Shown piece by piece: positions 27,680 through 39,594 of a DNA stretch of 64,000 nt (position 1 is its first letter; each line of letters begins with the position of its first letter). A model generated the notes under the pieces. The model did not search any database. It saw nothing but the letters and a program-made list of their open reading frames with translations, and was not told the DNA's origin. Both the position numbers and the translations under genes were made by a program. The stretch is from Eledone cirrhosa (taxonomy: Eukaryota), in contig OZ024740.1 of NCBI GenBank assembly GCA_964016885.1, positions 375,038,001 to 375,102,000 of the forward strand, written 5' to 3'.

Positions 27680-28400
27680 TCCATTCGACTTTTCTCAACA
27701 CCTTCACATCCACACTTCTTTATCATTCTCCATGGGGTACGCTCTTCGGCTAATGTCTCCCATTTCTCCATATAATTCTCCAGAGATTTAACATTGTCTT
27801 TTATTACATACCTACAATTGGTTTCTGCCGTGGCCTATTTCCTCTTGTCAGCTTCCCAAGAATAACTGTTTAGGAAAACATTCATATTCCATACTGACCA
27901 CATAACCAGTTTAACACAGATTGTTCAAAATAACCTTCTTCTCAATACTGGTATTACTCGCTTTGTCGGGTACATCAGCATCGGCTTTGTAAGCGGAACA
28001 ATTAATGTTCAGCATCCGTCGCATAAAATTATGAAGAAACCTTTCTAGCTGCCAAATATGAGGCCTGTAACTTGTTTACATTTCGTATTCGTATAAAAGA
28101 GACCTAAGAACAAAGGCACCATACACAGAGTACTTTGTTTCTCGTGAAACCCCAATGTGTCCAGACTTAATTCTCAAGCTTTCGAAAGACACTTCTAGCT
28201 TTCACATTTCTGTGATTTCCTTCAGCATCAAAGGTACATTTCTACTGAGTCTCCAAGCCTTTAGCTGCATGTTCTATATAGTGTATGCCAAAACATCTGT
28301 ATCATTAGCATACAAGAACACGATGGCTGCAGTGCAAATTATTTTGGACTTGGTATTAACAACGTCTTAAATTAAATAACTTTACAGAAGTTCTAAATTA
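27680..28400 (-). mobile_element. Decayed RTE-like LINE fragment (RT end and C-terminus)
   Basis: LYANDTDV (YADD-like) near 28300, KARSVFRKL, and PKQLS-GKLTRGNRPRQKP-like remnant near 27830-27880. Confidence 0.55.
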
Positions 28401-28889
28401 CAAGCATTAATCAATTTCTAGGAAACATTTCTTAGAAAGAATATGTCTGCAGTATGCCCAAGTAGATGGAGGACAGAGTGTGCTTGTATGCTGCACTGCT
28501 TGACAACGTTTTCCACTCAAACAGTTTCAGAAAGTTTCCCCAAGGAAGTTCACTTTTGCCTTCATAATTACACATATACACATTATATATAAATACATAT
28601 GTATAAAAATAGGAAAACACAAAGCAGGTTTTCATTAAAATATCCCAAATGAGTAATTCTATTTAGTCAAATTCGGCGTAGGCACATGTTACTATATAAA
28701 TATGTATATATATATATATATGTATGTATGTATATATATATACATATATATATATATAGTAACACGTGCTTACTTCGTATTTGACTAATACATATATATA
28801 GAGAGAGAGGTAATATCCGTAGTGGTAGAGCACTCAGTCCACGGGACGAGTTAGGTAGAAGTTGTTACAAACCAGTTAGTTCACCATAC

Positions 28890-28927
28890 CTAGAAAAATT
28901 GTTTCACCTTAGCGGATCCTCAGCTCG
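28890..28927 (-). ncRNA. Probable minimal hammerhead ribozyme
   Basis: cgag-CTGAGGA-tcc-gctaa-ggt-GAAA-caattt-TT-ctag; stems partly decayed. Confidence 0.5.
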
Positions 28928-29660
28928 TAATGGACATGGTTATACGGAACATGAACGACACCCCTACGAAAGCGCATGCGCAGAAACGATCACTTCACAC
29001 AGGCAACACTAAAATGCATGCGAGAGGTTTAGGGGAGATAACTGCGAAAGTCCGAAAAAGTTCTAGTTGATAAGAAAATTAGGGTGTTGTAATTCAATCC
29101 GGAGCTTTGTAGTTACATAAGATGTGTTTCGAGACGTGTGGACAACGTGTGAAGAATTCATAACTCGTGTTTAGGTAATCACTATTGCATAATCTCTTTA
29201 GGATATTTATTCGTTCATCAATACATAGTCCACACGGCGGATTTCCCCTTAGATATGGCTTGGACTTAGTGATGGCTTTCCATTGAATGGAGTAGTCTAT
29301 ACTTGAGTCCTTGAGGGACCATACGTGACTCGCGAGTTTCGTAGATCAACGTCTGTCCGGGTACCTAAAGGTCGACTGGCGGTTCAGGAAGCGTTCCTTA
29401 AATCGGCCCTCCGCCATACTCACAGAGGATTTGACCTAATGTGGTCACGACCTCGACCAGTTTAAAAAAGACTTAGCTACTACCTTCAATGAGTTAGGAT
29501 TAGGATAACAGTAGCTACCAACCTCTCTAGCGTTGATTTCTTAGACATTAATTTAGATCTTCGCACACATACCTGCAGGCCCTTCCATAAGCTAAACGAA
29601 AAACTCAATTTCATTCACAAGGACTGATGCCACCCTCCCACTGTTTTTCGAGCCTTCGTA

Positions 29661-29848
29661 AATAATTGTTTCTAATTTTGGCACAAGGCCAGCAATCACC
29701 CAGTACATTACTGATACTTTATTTTATCGACCCCGTAAGGATGAAAGGCAAAATTAACATTGGCGCGATTTGAACTCAGAATGGAAAGGAACATAACTCT
29801 ATGCGTCAAAGCATAGTGTCCGACCCTCTACCGATACTGCCAATCCAC
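29661..29848 (-). mobile_element. SINE inserted inside the PLE ORF
   Basis: Reverse complement of the 18527 SINE; splits the PLE reading ...HPPTVFRAFVNN / TRISKRSS. Confidence 0.85.
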
Positions 29849-30499
29849 AGTACTAGAATCTCAAAACGCTCCTCTAAAAAGGCTATCTTTGACAGGGCGG
29901 CACCCTATAACACCCTATAACACGACGTTAGCTAACAACGGCTTCTCGCAACCTATCACTTAACTTCCCACTATCAACAACAGCAATAAGAAAAGAAATC
30001 GTAAGAATCGACAAACTATCTGGTTCCCTCCTCCCTTCTCACTCAACGTTAAAACCAATTTCGGCAAAACATTTCTAGCCCTCTTAGATAGACACTTTCC
30101 CATAGGTTATAAATACCGCTCCATCTTTAACCGACACAAAGTAAAACTACGATACTCCTGCTAAGAACATGAAGGCCCACATCACCAACAGCCCTAAGAG
30201 GAACACCTCACCAGGGTGCTCTTGCCATAAGCCCGAAGCTTGTCCTCTTCAACAGAAATGCAACACACCTGCTGTAGTTTATGAAGCTGTAGTCACTTCC
30301 AACCGACCAAATCAACCACAGGAGGTCAAATCCTATGTGGGTATGGCGGAAGGCAGATTTAAATATACACACATAAATACGTAAATAAAGCCCGAAAACA
30401 CATACCTACATATAAATACACATAAGTTCGCTAAACGTAAGCCAACCAAAACACAAGGTACAAATATACACACACCCTACATACGTAGGTTGCGTTGGC

Positions 30500-32155
30500 G
30501 TGTTTTTACTTCGATAATAAGGGAAAAGCGGGCAACAAACAGGATAAATTTGGGTTTAAAACATATAATAACCCTCCGAGTAACCCAGCCTTTCTACCCT
30601 TCGAAAATGATGTCTTGGAACTCATACGGAGTATCAAATTTCGGAATAGGTGCAATTCCTTCCAGCAGGACCTGAAGAATAGAATTCGTTCTATTAAGGA
30701 TTATAATGCCATGCACGTCCACTCCGACAAAACTGGCAATCTATATCAAGTGGAGCGCATGGATAAACCATCAACTGCTACATAATGCTGTAACTAAGGA
30801 TTACCGTAAAATTAATAGGAGCATCATTAATGACATCAACGATGCTGGGTTAAAACTCACCTCTGATCTCAACATCAAAGACCGGTCTGATCCTCTGGAA
30901 CCTATTCCTCCCCACTTTACCCTGAAGGATCATAAATCCAATTTCCCGAACAACCCATTATATTCGGCTTATTACGAAGTCCGATCATAAATCCAATTTC
31001 CCGAACAACCCCTACTATTCGGCTTATTACGAAGTCCGATTTAGGTAGACTTAGTAAAAGGATTTTAGATAGAATTATATCTGAAATTAGAAGTTTGCGC
31101 CTCTTGCACTGTGGAACAATTCTTTCGCGGTGATTGATTGTTTCAACCCCATATACAACAAGGAACATTGCCGTTTTATCCAATTCTACATCAACAATTA
31201 ATACTCTTCCATCACTTTACCACTTCTTCTTAGAGCTATCGATTTCGCTAAAACACTCACAGTGGTTAAGAATTTCGTCATCCTCAATGCCCGTAAGTCA
31301 GTGATTAATTTCGACGAATCTATTTGGATTTAAAAATCTAATAGTACCCCATTCGACGTGAGTATGGCCGCCAGAGATTCTGCGGAGGTTACTGATCTTT
31401 TCGGCCTTTTCCTTCTTTTCCATATCATGGAAGAATTCCCCAACGTGGGTGGTGGTTTGTACCGTGATGACGGTCTTTTGACCATGACAAAGTGCGGCCA
31501 ACGTGCTTGCGACATGTTCAGAAAAGAACTGACAGCCTTCTTTAAAGGCGTCAACTACTCCATAAAGGCTGAGGCAAACCTCTCGGTAGTTAATTACCAC
31601 GACGTTACCCTCAATTTGTCGAATGGCTTGCACTACCCATATAGAAAGATCAATGATACGCTTAATTACATAAGTAAGCATTCTAACCATCCTGCCAGCA
31701 TAACCAAAAATCTGGTAAGAAACGTTTCTTTGAGGCTTTCCCGTTTATCTACAAACGAGCATATTTTCACCGACCATTCCACATAATACAATGAAGCTCT
31801 TGCTCGGAGTGGATTTGTCGATAAGGTAGCATATACAGAGCAGAGTATGAGAATAGACCTAGGAAAAATAAATCCCGGCGCATTATATGGTATAACCCAC
31901 CATATAATATGGAGGTGGCCACACCATTAGCTAAGATCTTTCTCTCCCTTATTATGAAACATTTCCCCCAGCACATAAATATAGTAAGATTGTTAATAGA
32001 AATACCATTAAAATCTCTTACTCTACGACTCCTAACCTTGTACATAACATCATAGCTTCAAATATAGCTAAAGTACCTAGTCGTATGGACACGTGCAACC
32101 CTGTAACTAGTACTAACTGTAATTGTAGGAAGCGGGTTGACTGCCCCCTATCGCT
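30500..32155 (+). pseudogene. Naiad-like PLE reverse transcriptase ORF, disrupted, ending at the Cys knuckle
   Basis: FGFKTYNNPP..FENDVLELIRSIKF, SDKTGNLY, TLKDHKSNFPNNP, FDVSMAARDSAEV, GLYRDDGL, SNHP, IWYNPP, CNCRKRVDCPL; ~55-bp internal duplication at 30928-31040. Confidence 0.85.
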
Positions 32156-32754
32156 TATAATAAATGTTCGGGGAATCCATACGTATATATATATATGTGT
32201 GCATGTATGTATATATATATACATACTACTCTACGTCTGTATACATATATGTATGTATCTATACATACTTATATATATATATATATAAATAAGGATTGCT
32301 CTGCTAAAATATACTAAAATATGTGTGTAACTTCCACAAGCTTCTGTCGTGACATTCCCGAGTCCAGTGACCAAAAAATTGTTGTATTTTGATGTTTCAG
32401 AATATAAAAATTAATTAAAAACTTACCCCACATATATGAACTCGACTGGTCTCACTTGGGGATCCAGTCAATATTATTATTGCTATTATTATTATTATTA
32501 TTATTATTGTTATTAATGTATGTGTGTGTATATGTGTGTGTGTATGTGTATGTATGTGTGTATGTATATATGTATGTATGTATATATATATTTATTTTTT
32601 ATTTTTTTTTTATTTATTTATTATTATTATTATTTTTATTATGTTATTTTATTTTATTTTATTTATTTATATATTTTATTTATTTTTTTAATATTTTTTT
32701 TATTTATTTTATTTTTTTTTTTATTCTCGTGCCATACTCGATAACGAGGGGGCA

Positions 32755-32794
<40 letters not shown>

Positions 32795-32800
<6 letters not shown>

Positions 32801-32948
32801 ATACTTTGGGAGGGTCATGTTGCCAATAAGAAAGACACGCACTGGTGCGTGTGTTTCTTATTGGGAACATGACCCTCCCAAAGTATAACAATATCGGTTT
32901 CAACACACATTTTCAGATAAAGAAACTTGCTAAACAAATTCAGAAACG

Positions 32949-32950
<2 letters not shown>
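32795..32950. mobile_element. Minimal family C hairpin (~48-bp arms + ~55-bp tail)
   Basis: 32795-32841 mirrors 32845-32893; tail 32894-32950 matches 3265-3325 in reverse; (TA)n on both sides. Confidence 0.8.
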
Positions 32951-32995
<45 letters not shown>

Positions 32996-33100
32996 ATACA
33001 GAAGTGTGTGTTTTTCTTTACAGGAATTTCCCTTTTATCTACACGTGCGACAGGTAGTTTACTTTAGTTCTCTCTAGTAGTGCGGACAATATCGGCCTTC

Positions 33101-33177
33101 CACATGCTGATGACCCACAGGGCCGAATTGGAACCACTTAAATGGCGAAACATTCTCCTGGTGAGTTTGTACATGTG
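33101..33177 (+). ncRNA. Type I hammerhead ribozyme in a ~430-bp TA-flanked ORF-less unit (32992-33421)
   Basis: cacatg-CTGATGA-ccca...tggc-GAAA-ca..ctc-ctggt-gag..tg-TA-catgtg; perfect 6-bp stem I. Confidence 0.75.
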
Positions 33178-34483
33178 TGATCTAGGTATGAGGTTGGTAT
33201 CTCATTTTAATTTATACTTTTAATTTGAATGTCTTTCCTATGCCTCTAGTGGCTTATAATCTTTTCACGCTGGTGGTTTGAAATTCCTGGAAAGAAAAAC
33301 ACACTCATCTGTGTCTTTCCCCTCTGTATATTGTATTTTAAAGTGCCCAGGAAAACTCTTTCCTTTGAGCTCATTTAATTACAGGATTATACGCGAGCCC
33401 TTTGCTCCGTTATTTTACTTGATATATATATATATATATTTAGTATATTAACTGAGAAATCCTTAAGTGATACTCTGACCAACTCCATCTCACTCAACAA
33501 ACATTAGGATATACCTAAGTGTATTCCCAATTTAGTGTTTGGGTGCTAACTAATCAGTATTTCGTGGATAGCTGCTTGTATTATTTTATATGAGACATAA
33601 TTAAATAAATATCTCTTTCCTTCCAGGCGGCCGTTTCGTTATAAGATTTCTATAATTTGTGATAAATCATTTCCAGGTTATGTAGAAACTTGTATATAAT
33701 GCATAGTTGTATACACAAGCGGGCTCTTATAAACTCATCAATGGATACCCAAATAATATGGATATAAGAATTATTTCGACATTAATAGATTAGTGATGGT
33801 CTCCTTCAGCGATAAAAAGGGACTGGTAGATTCGAAACTCCAACAGTCCACTCAAAGAAAAAAATACACGCTGTGGTTTAGTATACCCATGGTAAGGTTT
33901 TGCGTATTCTTGTGTATGTACGTATCTGTTTGCGTGTATGTATTTATTTGTTTCTATTACTTCTGTATTGTATTTATTTACTTTGTTCTTAACTCTATAG
34001 CGGAGATTCATTTGGTCTCCTAGTTAGAATTTAGTCTACGATTTCTGCTATACCATTTACGTGGTTTTGTCTTTGCGTGCTATTGTTCTCCACGCTCCAC
34101 ATATGACTTATTATCTTCGTTTTTTCGTTCACTGCCAGAGAACGTCTCTATGCACCACCTAAGAGAACATTAGTCTACGACGTCTTTTATACCATAAACG
34201 TGGTTTTGTCTTTGCGCGTAATTGTTTTTCACCGCTCCTATTAATGACGTATTATTCGTTTTTTCCCGTTCTTTGCCAGCGAACGTTACCACGAACCAAA
34301 GTATCGTCTTCCTGTCTTCCTCCGGTTGCAACGTTTTTTGAAATATCCAGTTCTCCGTTTACAGATTGACTTTGTTAGTTTCAGAAGATCCCGTTAAGGG
34401 TGAAAGCAGCGATTCTTTGCTTAAACTTTAATCTGTTATTTTAATAAATATATATATATATATATACTATTCCCCCAAATAAT

Positions 34484-34587
34484 GGTTTCTACTATAGGCA
34501 CAAGGCCAGTAATTTTAGGGGGAGGGGAAAGTCGATTAAATCGACCCCAGTACTTTATTTTATCGACACCGTAAGGATGTAATGTAA
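34484..34587 (-). mobile_element. Partial SINE (variant 3' region)
   Basis: tttctactataggcacaaggcc...gtactttattttatcgac-ccgtaaggatg matches the SINE body. Confidence 0.7.
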
Positions 34588-35158
34588 AGATATACCTCAA
34601 ATGACTTTATTTTTTCAGATTGTCATTAGCTTTATATAAAGCTAGTTGATATAGATATCAGTTATTATGCTTCTCTTATTTTTAAGTCTATTCACATGCA
34701 TGCGTATGTATAAGTAAAATATGTCACGAGCCATTGATTGCTTTCATACTAACACGCATAGAACTACGATTTCAGAATTCGTGTTGTTCGACCTTGTGAG
34801 TCAAGGGCAATTGGGATTAGGATGGTGTAGTTATATCTTAGAGACACGCAAGAAATTAAGCTCACTTCAAACAAATGGAACGAAAAATTATTGGCCTATA
34901 ATTCAAATGATTTTTCGGAAATCCGTCATAACTGATGGCATTTGTGTACTGTTAAGTCGATTGGTCAAAGAGATAATGCATCGGTATGCGTTTCTCTTTT
35001 TTAGTTAGCAGATCGCCATCATGGTCTAATTCACTTCTGTTTGGGAATTTCCTGACATTAAATCAATACGAATTTCCAATGTTTTTAATGACATACAATA
35101 ATATAAAATGCCAAAGAGCATAATATCCAAAATATTATGTGTATGAAAGAATACTTAC

Positions 35159-35208
35159 TTGTTGAAGTGAGGTGTATTGCAGTCCTCTCTTTACAGCAAC
35201 ATGCGTGC
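35159..35208 (-). other. Candidate 50-nt internal exon of an unidentified host transcript
   Basis: Minus strand ttgctttcatttcag | gcacgc...cttcaacaa | gtaagtatt; consensus splice sites in unique sequence; two of three frames open. Confidence 0.45.
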
Positions 35209-36631
35209 CTGAAATGAAAGCAAACGTCTTATATACTACCTAATGTCTAGATTAGTAACATGGCTTATTACGCGAGACCTGGAGATATTATTACATGTCC
35301 AGTATTATCGCGGGCGTAGGTATGCACAATTGGATGAACAGTAGACATGCTATTAATAACTCAAATGGATTGGAAAAGTAATCAATATTTGGAGAAGTTT
35401 ATCACGTTACTTATCATGAGATATTGGCTCATGAACGTTATATTATTCTACTGTAAGAATAATTTCGGAGCTAAAATAGTAATTTAGAATATGTTTTAAA
35501 TTAGTCAGCTATAATAAGAGAATGGGCGTTTATTGCCGATTATTCCTCCTTGCATAAATATAACAAGATAAGACGATAGCAGAAATTTAACTTAAAACCA
35601 TTTATTTAAACGACAACAATTTTACATAGTAGTAATTAAGCTAGCATTTCGAGGTATCTATCAAATCGAATAATTAAAGTGCCAGAAAAAATATAATTTT
35701 GAGAAGTCTGTTGCAGCATCAAATGTAAAACAGAGACGCTTAGCCTCCGCCAATGCATTTCCGAGAGATAAGATTATCAAGATGAACCTAGCATGGTAGA
35801 TCGTTGTATTGTGGCAGGCTTCCAAAAGCTCAATTTTGCCCAAACTTTTATCTTACATGACAAAGTATTCTATCATTGCATGTAAGGATGGGATAGAGCT
35901 TATTTTCCATTCATACTACTTCATTTATTAAACTTCATACTACTTTATGTATTAAACTATAATAAAGTATTTAGTAAATTAGATTCATTACAATAATTAT
36001 GTATTTAATTTCAAATTTATTTATGTTTCATTAGTTTATAGATTTTCAATTAATTCTATATTACATCTTTGAAGTAATTTAACACATTACACTCAAGATT
36101 GTTTTCATGGATTAAATAAAATAAAGCTACAATGAGTTGATCATATTGTCTATTTTTTTATATTATAATCAGCAGAGCTTAAGTGAAAACATCTTTAAAA
36201 ATATAAGTACATTTTTATGTGACTAGATTCAAATCAAGTAATGATAACTGCATTGCCGAGTATATTATATCCACCATCATCACATCAAGCTTAATTTAGT
36301 GATCATATTTTTATTTAGCAAAACCAAGAATAAGTAAGTACATATAAATCAATGAATATATTTATTTTGATTCCCTGCTCTTCATTTGAAATCTATTGAA
36401 TATATTACGCATCACTAAAATTAATTACATTCGTATAATTTTGCACACCACTCACAATGACACGACGGCTTTGAACGGAGAAAATTTAAAACTTAGGAGA
36501 CTGGCTTTATTTTTTTACCTTAATTTATTCATATGTCCTGATATTTCGGGATTAAAATCTCTACTTTTGAGGAAAATAAAGGAACCATTCCAATGTCCGA
36601 TGTGGCTTGCTATACCATTCTTATATACATA

Positions 36632-36765
<134 letters not shown>

Positions 36766-36896
36766 GCAAAAGTTTTATTTAAAATTGTTGGGTTACAACG
36801 AGTAAATATTTTATAACTGATATAAAGCACTCAACAAGTTTTGGAGTAGATATACGATATTAAACAAATGGAAACTATATTTATAAAACCATATCT

Positions 36897-36960
36897 ATTT
36901 CATTATACATATTTCAGGGATACCATATTAAAAATATGGCATGCCTTCTTCAGATAAAAT
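36897..36960 (-). ncRNA. Type I hammerhead ribozyme
   Basis: attttat-CTGAAGA-agg-catgccatatt-ttt-aatatggtat-ccct-GAAA-tatgta-TA-atgaaat. Confidence 0.75.
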
Positions 36961-38331
36961 ACAATATATAAGCAGTTTTATAAATAAATTTGACGTACCA
37001 TAAAATATTGAAACTTCCATTTAAAAAAGTTGGTTTGGTAGTGAAATGTTTGTAAATATGTAGTGTTAAGTACAGTTAGAAAGAAAGACCGAGAGAAGGA
37101 ATAAATGTATGTAAAGAAAAACAGAGAGAGATAGGGAGAGATATGGGAGAGAGAAAAAGTGAGGAGGTGAAAAATGAGAGGCAGCTGAGGTAACAGATGA
37201 ATAATAATAATTCAACATGCAAATTGAGAGATTTAGGGGGGGGGAGTACTGTAATTATTTATTTATTTATTTATTAAGTTATAGTGTTAAGGAGACGGAG
37301 ATATATAACTAAAGAGAAAACAGCGATACATAAAATTACATCATGTATAGAGGGAGGAGAAGAAAGCTATATCAAGAGAGAGGGATGACAGATTTACAAC
37401 TTTACGTTATGTCCTATCAATTTGAATTATCAATTTATATGAATTGGGTATTATACTGTAAATATCAATATTCATGAATGAGACATAGATATATAATGTG
37501 TGAAGAATAATGACCATATGTTTAGTTTTAAAATGTTTAGGTCGATATATTAAAACCTGAGGTAAAACCTCAAAATACATAAGTATATATGTACTTTCCG
37601 GAAAGAGAAAGAAAGAGAGAAAGAGAAGGTCATCTCAAGTTCTAGTTGACACTATAGATATACATATGTGATCAGCTCTGTAATTTCTCATTTCACATGA
37701 ACAAATTTTCCTTTGCGTTATAAAAGATTTTACTATATATATATATATATACATACATACACATACATAAAACATATAAAATATATATTAATATTAATAT
37801 TCCTGCCCTCACATACATGATTATCGTTGATGTATAGAATAGACAACAGACATCAATATATCAAAACGCTAAGAAAACTTTCATCACTCCCTAGAGTGTC
37901 TAGGGCCTTAAAAAAACACAGTGTGGCCACCATATCGACCACAGAAATCAACCCTTCCAATTTATCTGACAATATATTGCCAAGTTCATTAGAAGCAATC
38001 CGAATCAAAAGCAAACAAAAAATCAAAATTATTCAACAAGACTTATCTAGCAGAAATCATTTAAAAGATTTAGGAGACCCTGTTGTTCTACAGATGCTCT
38101 TATATTTAGTATAGAAGTTTATCTAGCGTAAAATTTATTCAATAGATTGGGAGCATCTACATTTTAGAGTAGTTTAATTACATCATTAGTATATAATTAT
38201 GAAGAAGGTTTAAAAAAGAAAAAGTTGAAGGAATCGAAAGATTTATCGTCATGTTTCATAATTAATTAAATAAATAAAAGATTTATCGTCATGTTTCATA
38301 ATTAATTAAATAAATATCATAACTAAATATA

Positions 38332-39003
38332 CTACATTTTAAATTTATATTTATATTTAAACGTTGAGTTCAATCTATGTCTGCAGCAACTGAATAAGTT
38401 GCTCCTTAGATTAAGGGAATTTTTAGATTTTAATATAAAGAATATCTCCTCCACGCAGAGGTCACATGTCTCAGATGAGGAATTAAAAGGAATCCCTCTT
38501 GAGACTATATTCCAAAACAACGAATATCCAACGTTATCATGTTTAAGTTGCCAGAGTAAGCCTGATAGTGAAGTTGAAGATTTTTTGCCTGGATCTGTGA
38601 AAGAATTCTTATGATTATTATAGCGAAGTTTAAATTCTGTCGAGGTGGAACCAACATAGTTAAAAGAATTTAAGTCAGTTTTAACATTACAATTGTATAT
38701 TATATTTTTAACTAAGCAATTGTTATTTAACGGACATTTAGATTTATTTCTACAGTTACAGTTGTTTAATTGAATATTGTTTAGGCTATTATCGGTATTT
38801 AGGCTAGGTTTTAGATTCCTGTTATTTATTCTGTTAATATTTTGTGCTAAGTTTTTGGTGGACGAGTAAGTTAATTTTATAGTATGTCTATTAAAAATTG
38901 AGTGATATTTATGTGTTCTAGGGAAGCGTTTGTAAAGAGCATTAAAAAATTGTTTAGCATTGTGGGTTTTAATATTTAGTGAGAAAGGGGGGGGGCAAAC
39001 CAT
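38332..39003 (-). pseudogene. Naiad-like PLE thumb/Cys-knuckle/GIY-YIG endonuclease region (open 223 aa, 5'-truncated)
   Basis: PPFSLNIKT..FPRTHKYHSIFNRHTIKLTYS, CNCRNKSKCPLNNNC, IIY..YVGSTSTEFKLRYNNH, CDLCVEE, CRH. Confidence 0.88.
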
Positions 39004-39450
39004 ATTATATTTCTAGTTCTATTTCTTTTCTGGCTTTTGGAATTATTGTAATGTTTTCTATTATAGTTGTTAAAGTTGTTACCGTAATTAAAATTGTTGT
39101 TATATTGGTTAGTTTGCCTATTATTATCGATGTACATAATTTTATCACTCTGTCCTGCTCTAGCTAACGTTTCATTGTAATACTGCGCTTTTTCGTTAAA
39201 AATATTTTTATTAGATGAAATTCTTGAGATACGTTCTTTTTCACCTCCTCACTTTTTCTCTCTCCCATATCTCTCCCTATCTCTCTCTGTTTTTCTTTAC
39301 ATACATTTATTCCTTCTCTCGGTCTTTCTTTCTAACTGTACTTAACACTAAATATTTACAAACATTTCACTACCAAACCAACTTTTTTAAATGGAAGTTT
39401 CAATATTTTATGGTATGTCAAATTTATTTATAAAACTGCTTATATATTGT

Positions 39451-39514
39451 ATTTTATCTGAAGAAGACATGCCATATTTTTAATATGGTATCCCTGAAAT
39501 ATGTATAATGAAAT
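39451..39514 (+). ncRNA. Type I hammerhead ribozyme (inverted-arm copy)
   Basis: Mirror of 36897-36960 with one substitution in stem II. Confidence 0.7.
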
Positions 39515-39555
39515 AGATATGGTTTTATAAATATAGTTTCCATTTGTTTAATATC

Positions 39556-39594
<39 letters not shown>

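Larger units (their letters stand above)
28810..30362. mobile_element. Fold-back Naiad-like PLE: minus arm with endonuclease C-half + pLTR, plus arm with RT thumb to endonuclease
   Basis: Minus 29436-29097: KERFLNRQSTF...LASHVWSLKD...CGLCIDE...RCPH. Plus 29455-30362: VDFLDINLDL...HPP...WFPPPFSLNVKTNFGK...CSCHKPEACPLQQKC...YVGMAEGRFK. 29398-29436 mirrors 30321-30361. Confidence 0.8.
36768..39560 (-). mobile_element. 5'-truncated Naiad-like PLE with inverted terminal repeat
   Basis: 36852-37172 mirrors 39238-39560; ORF remnant 39235-38332; ~1.4-kb 3' UTR; HHR in both arms. Confidence 0.88.
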
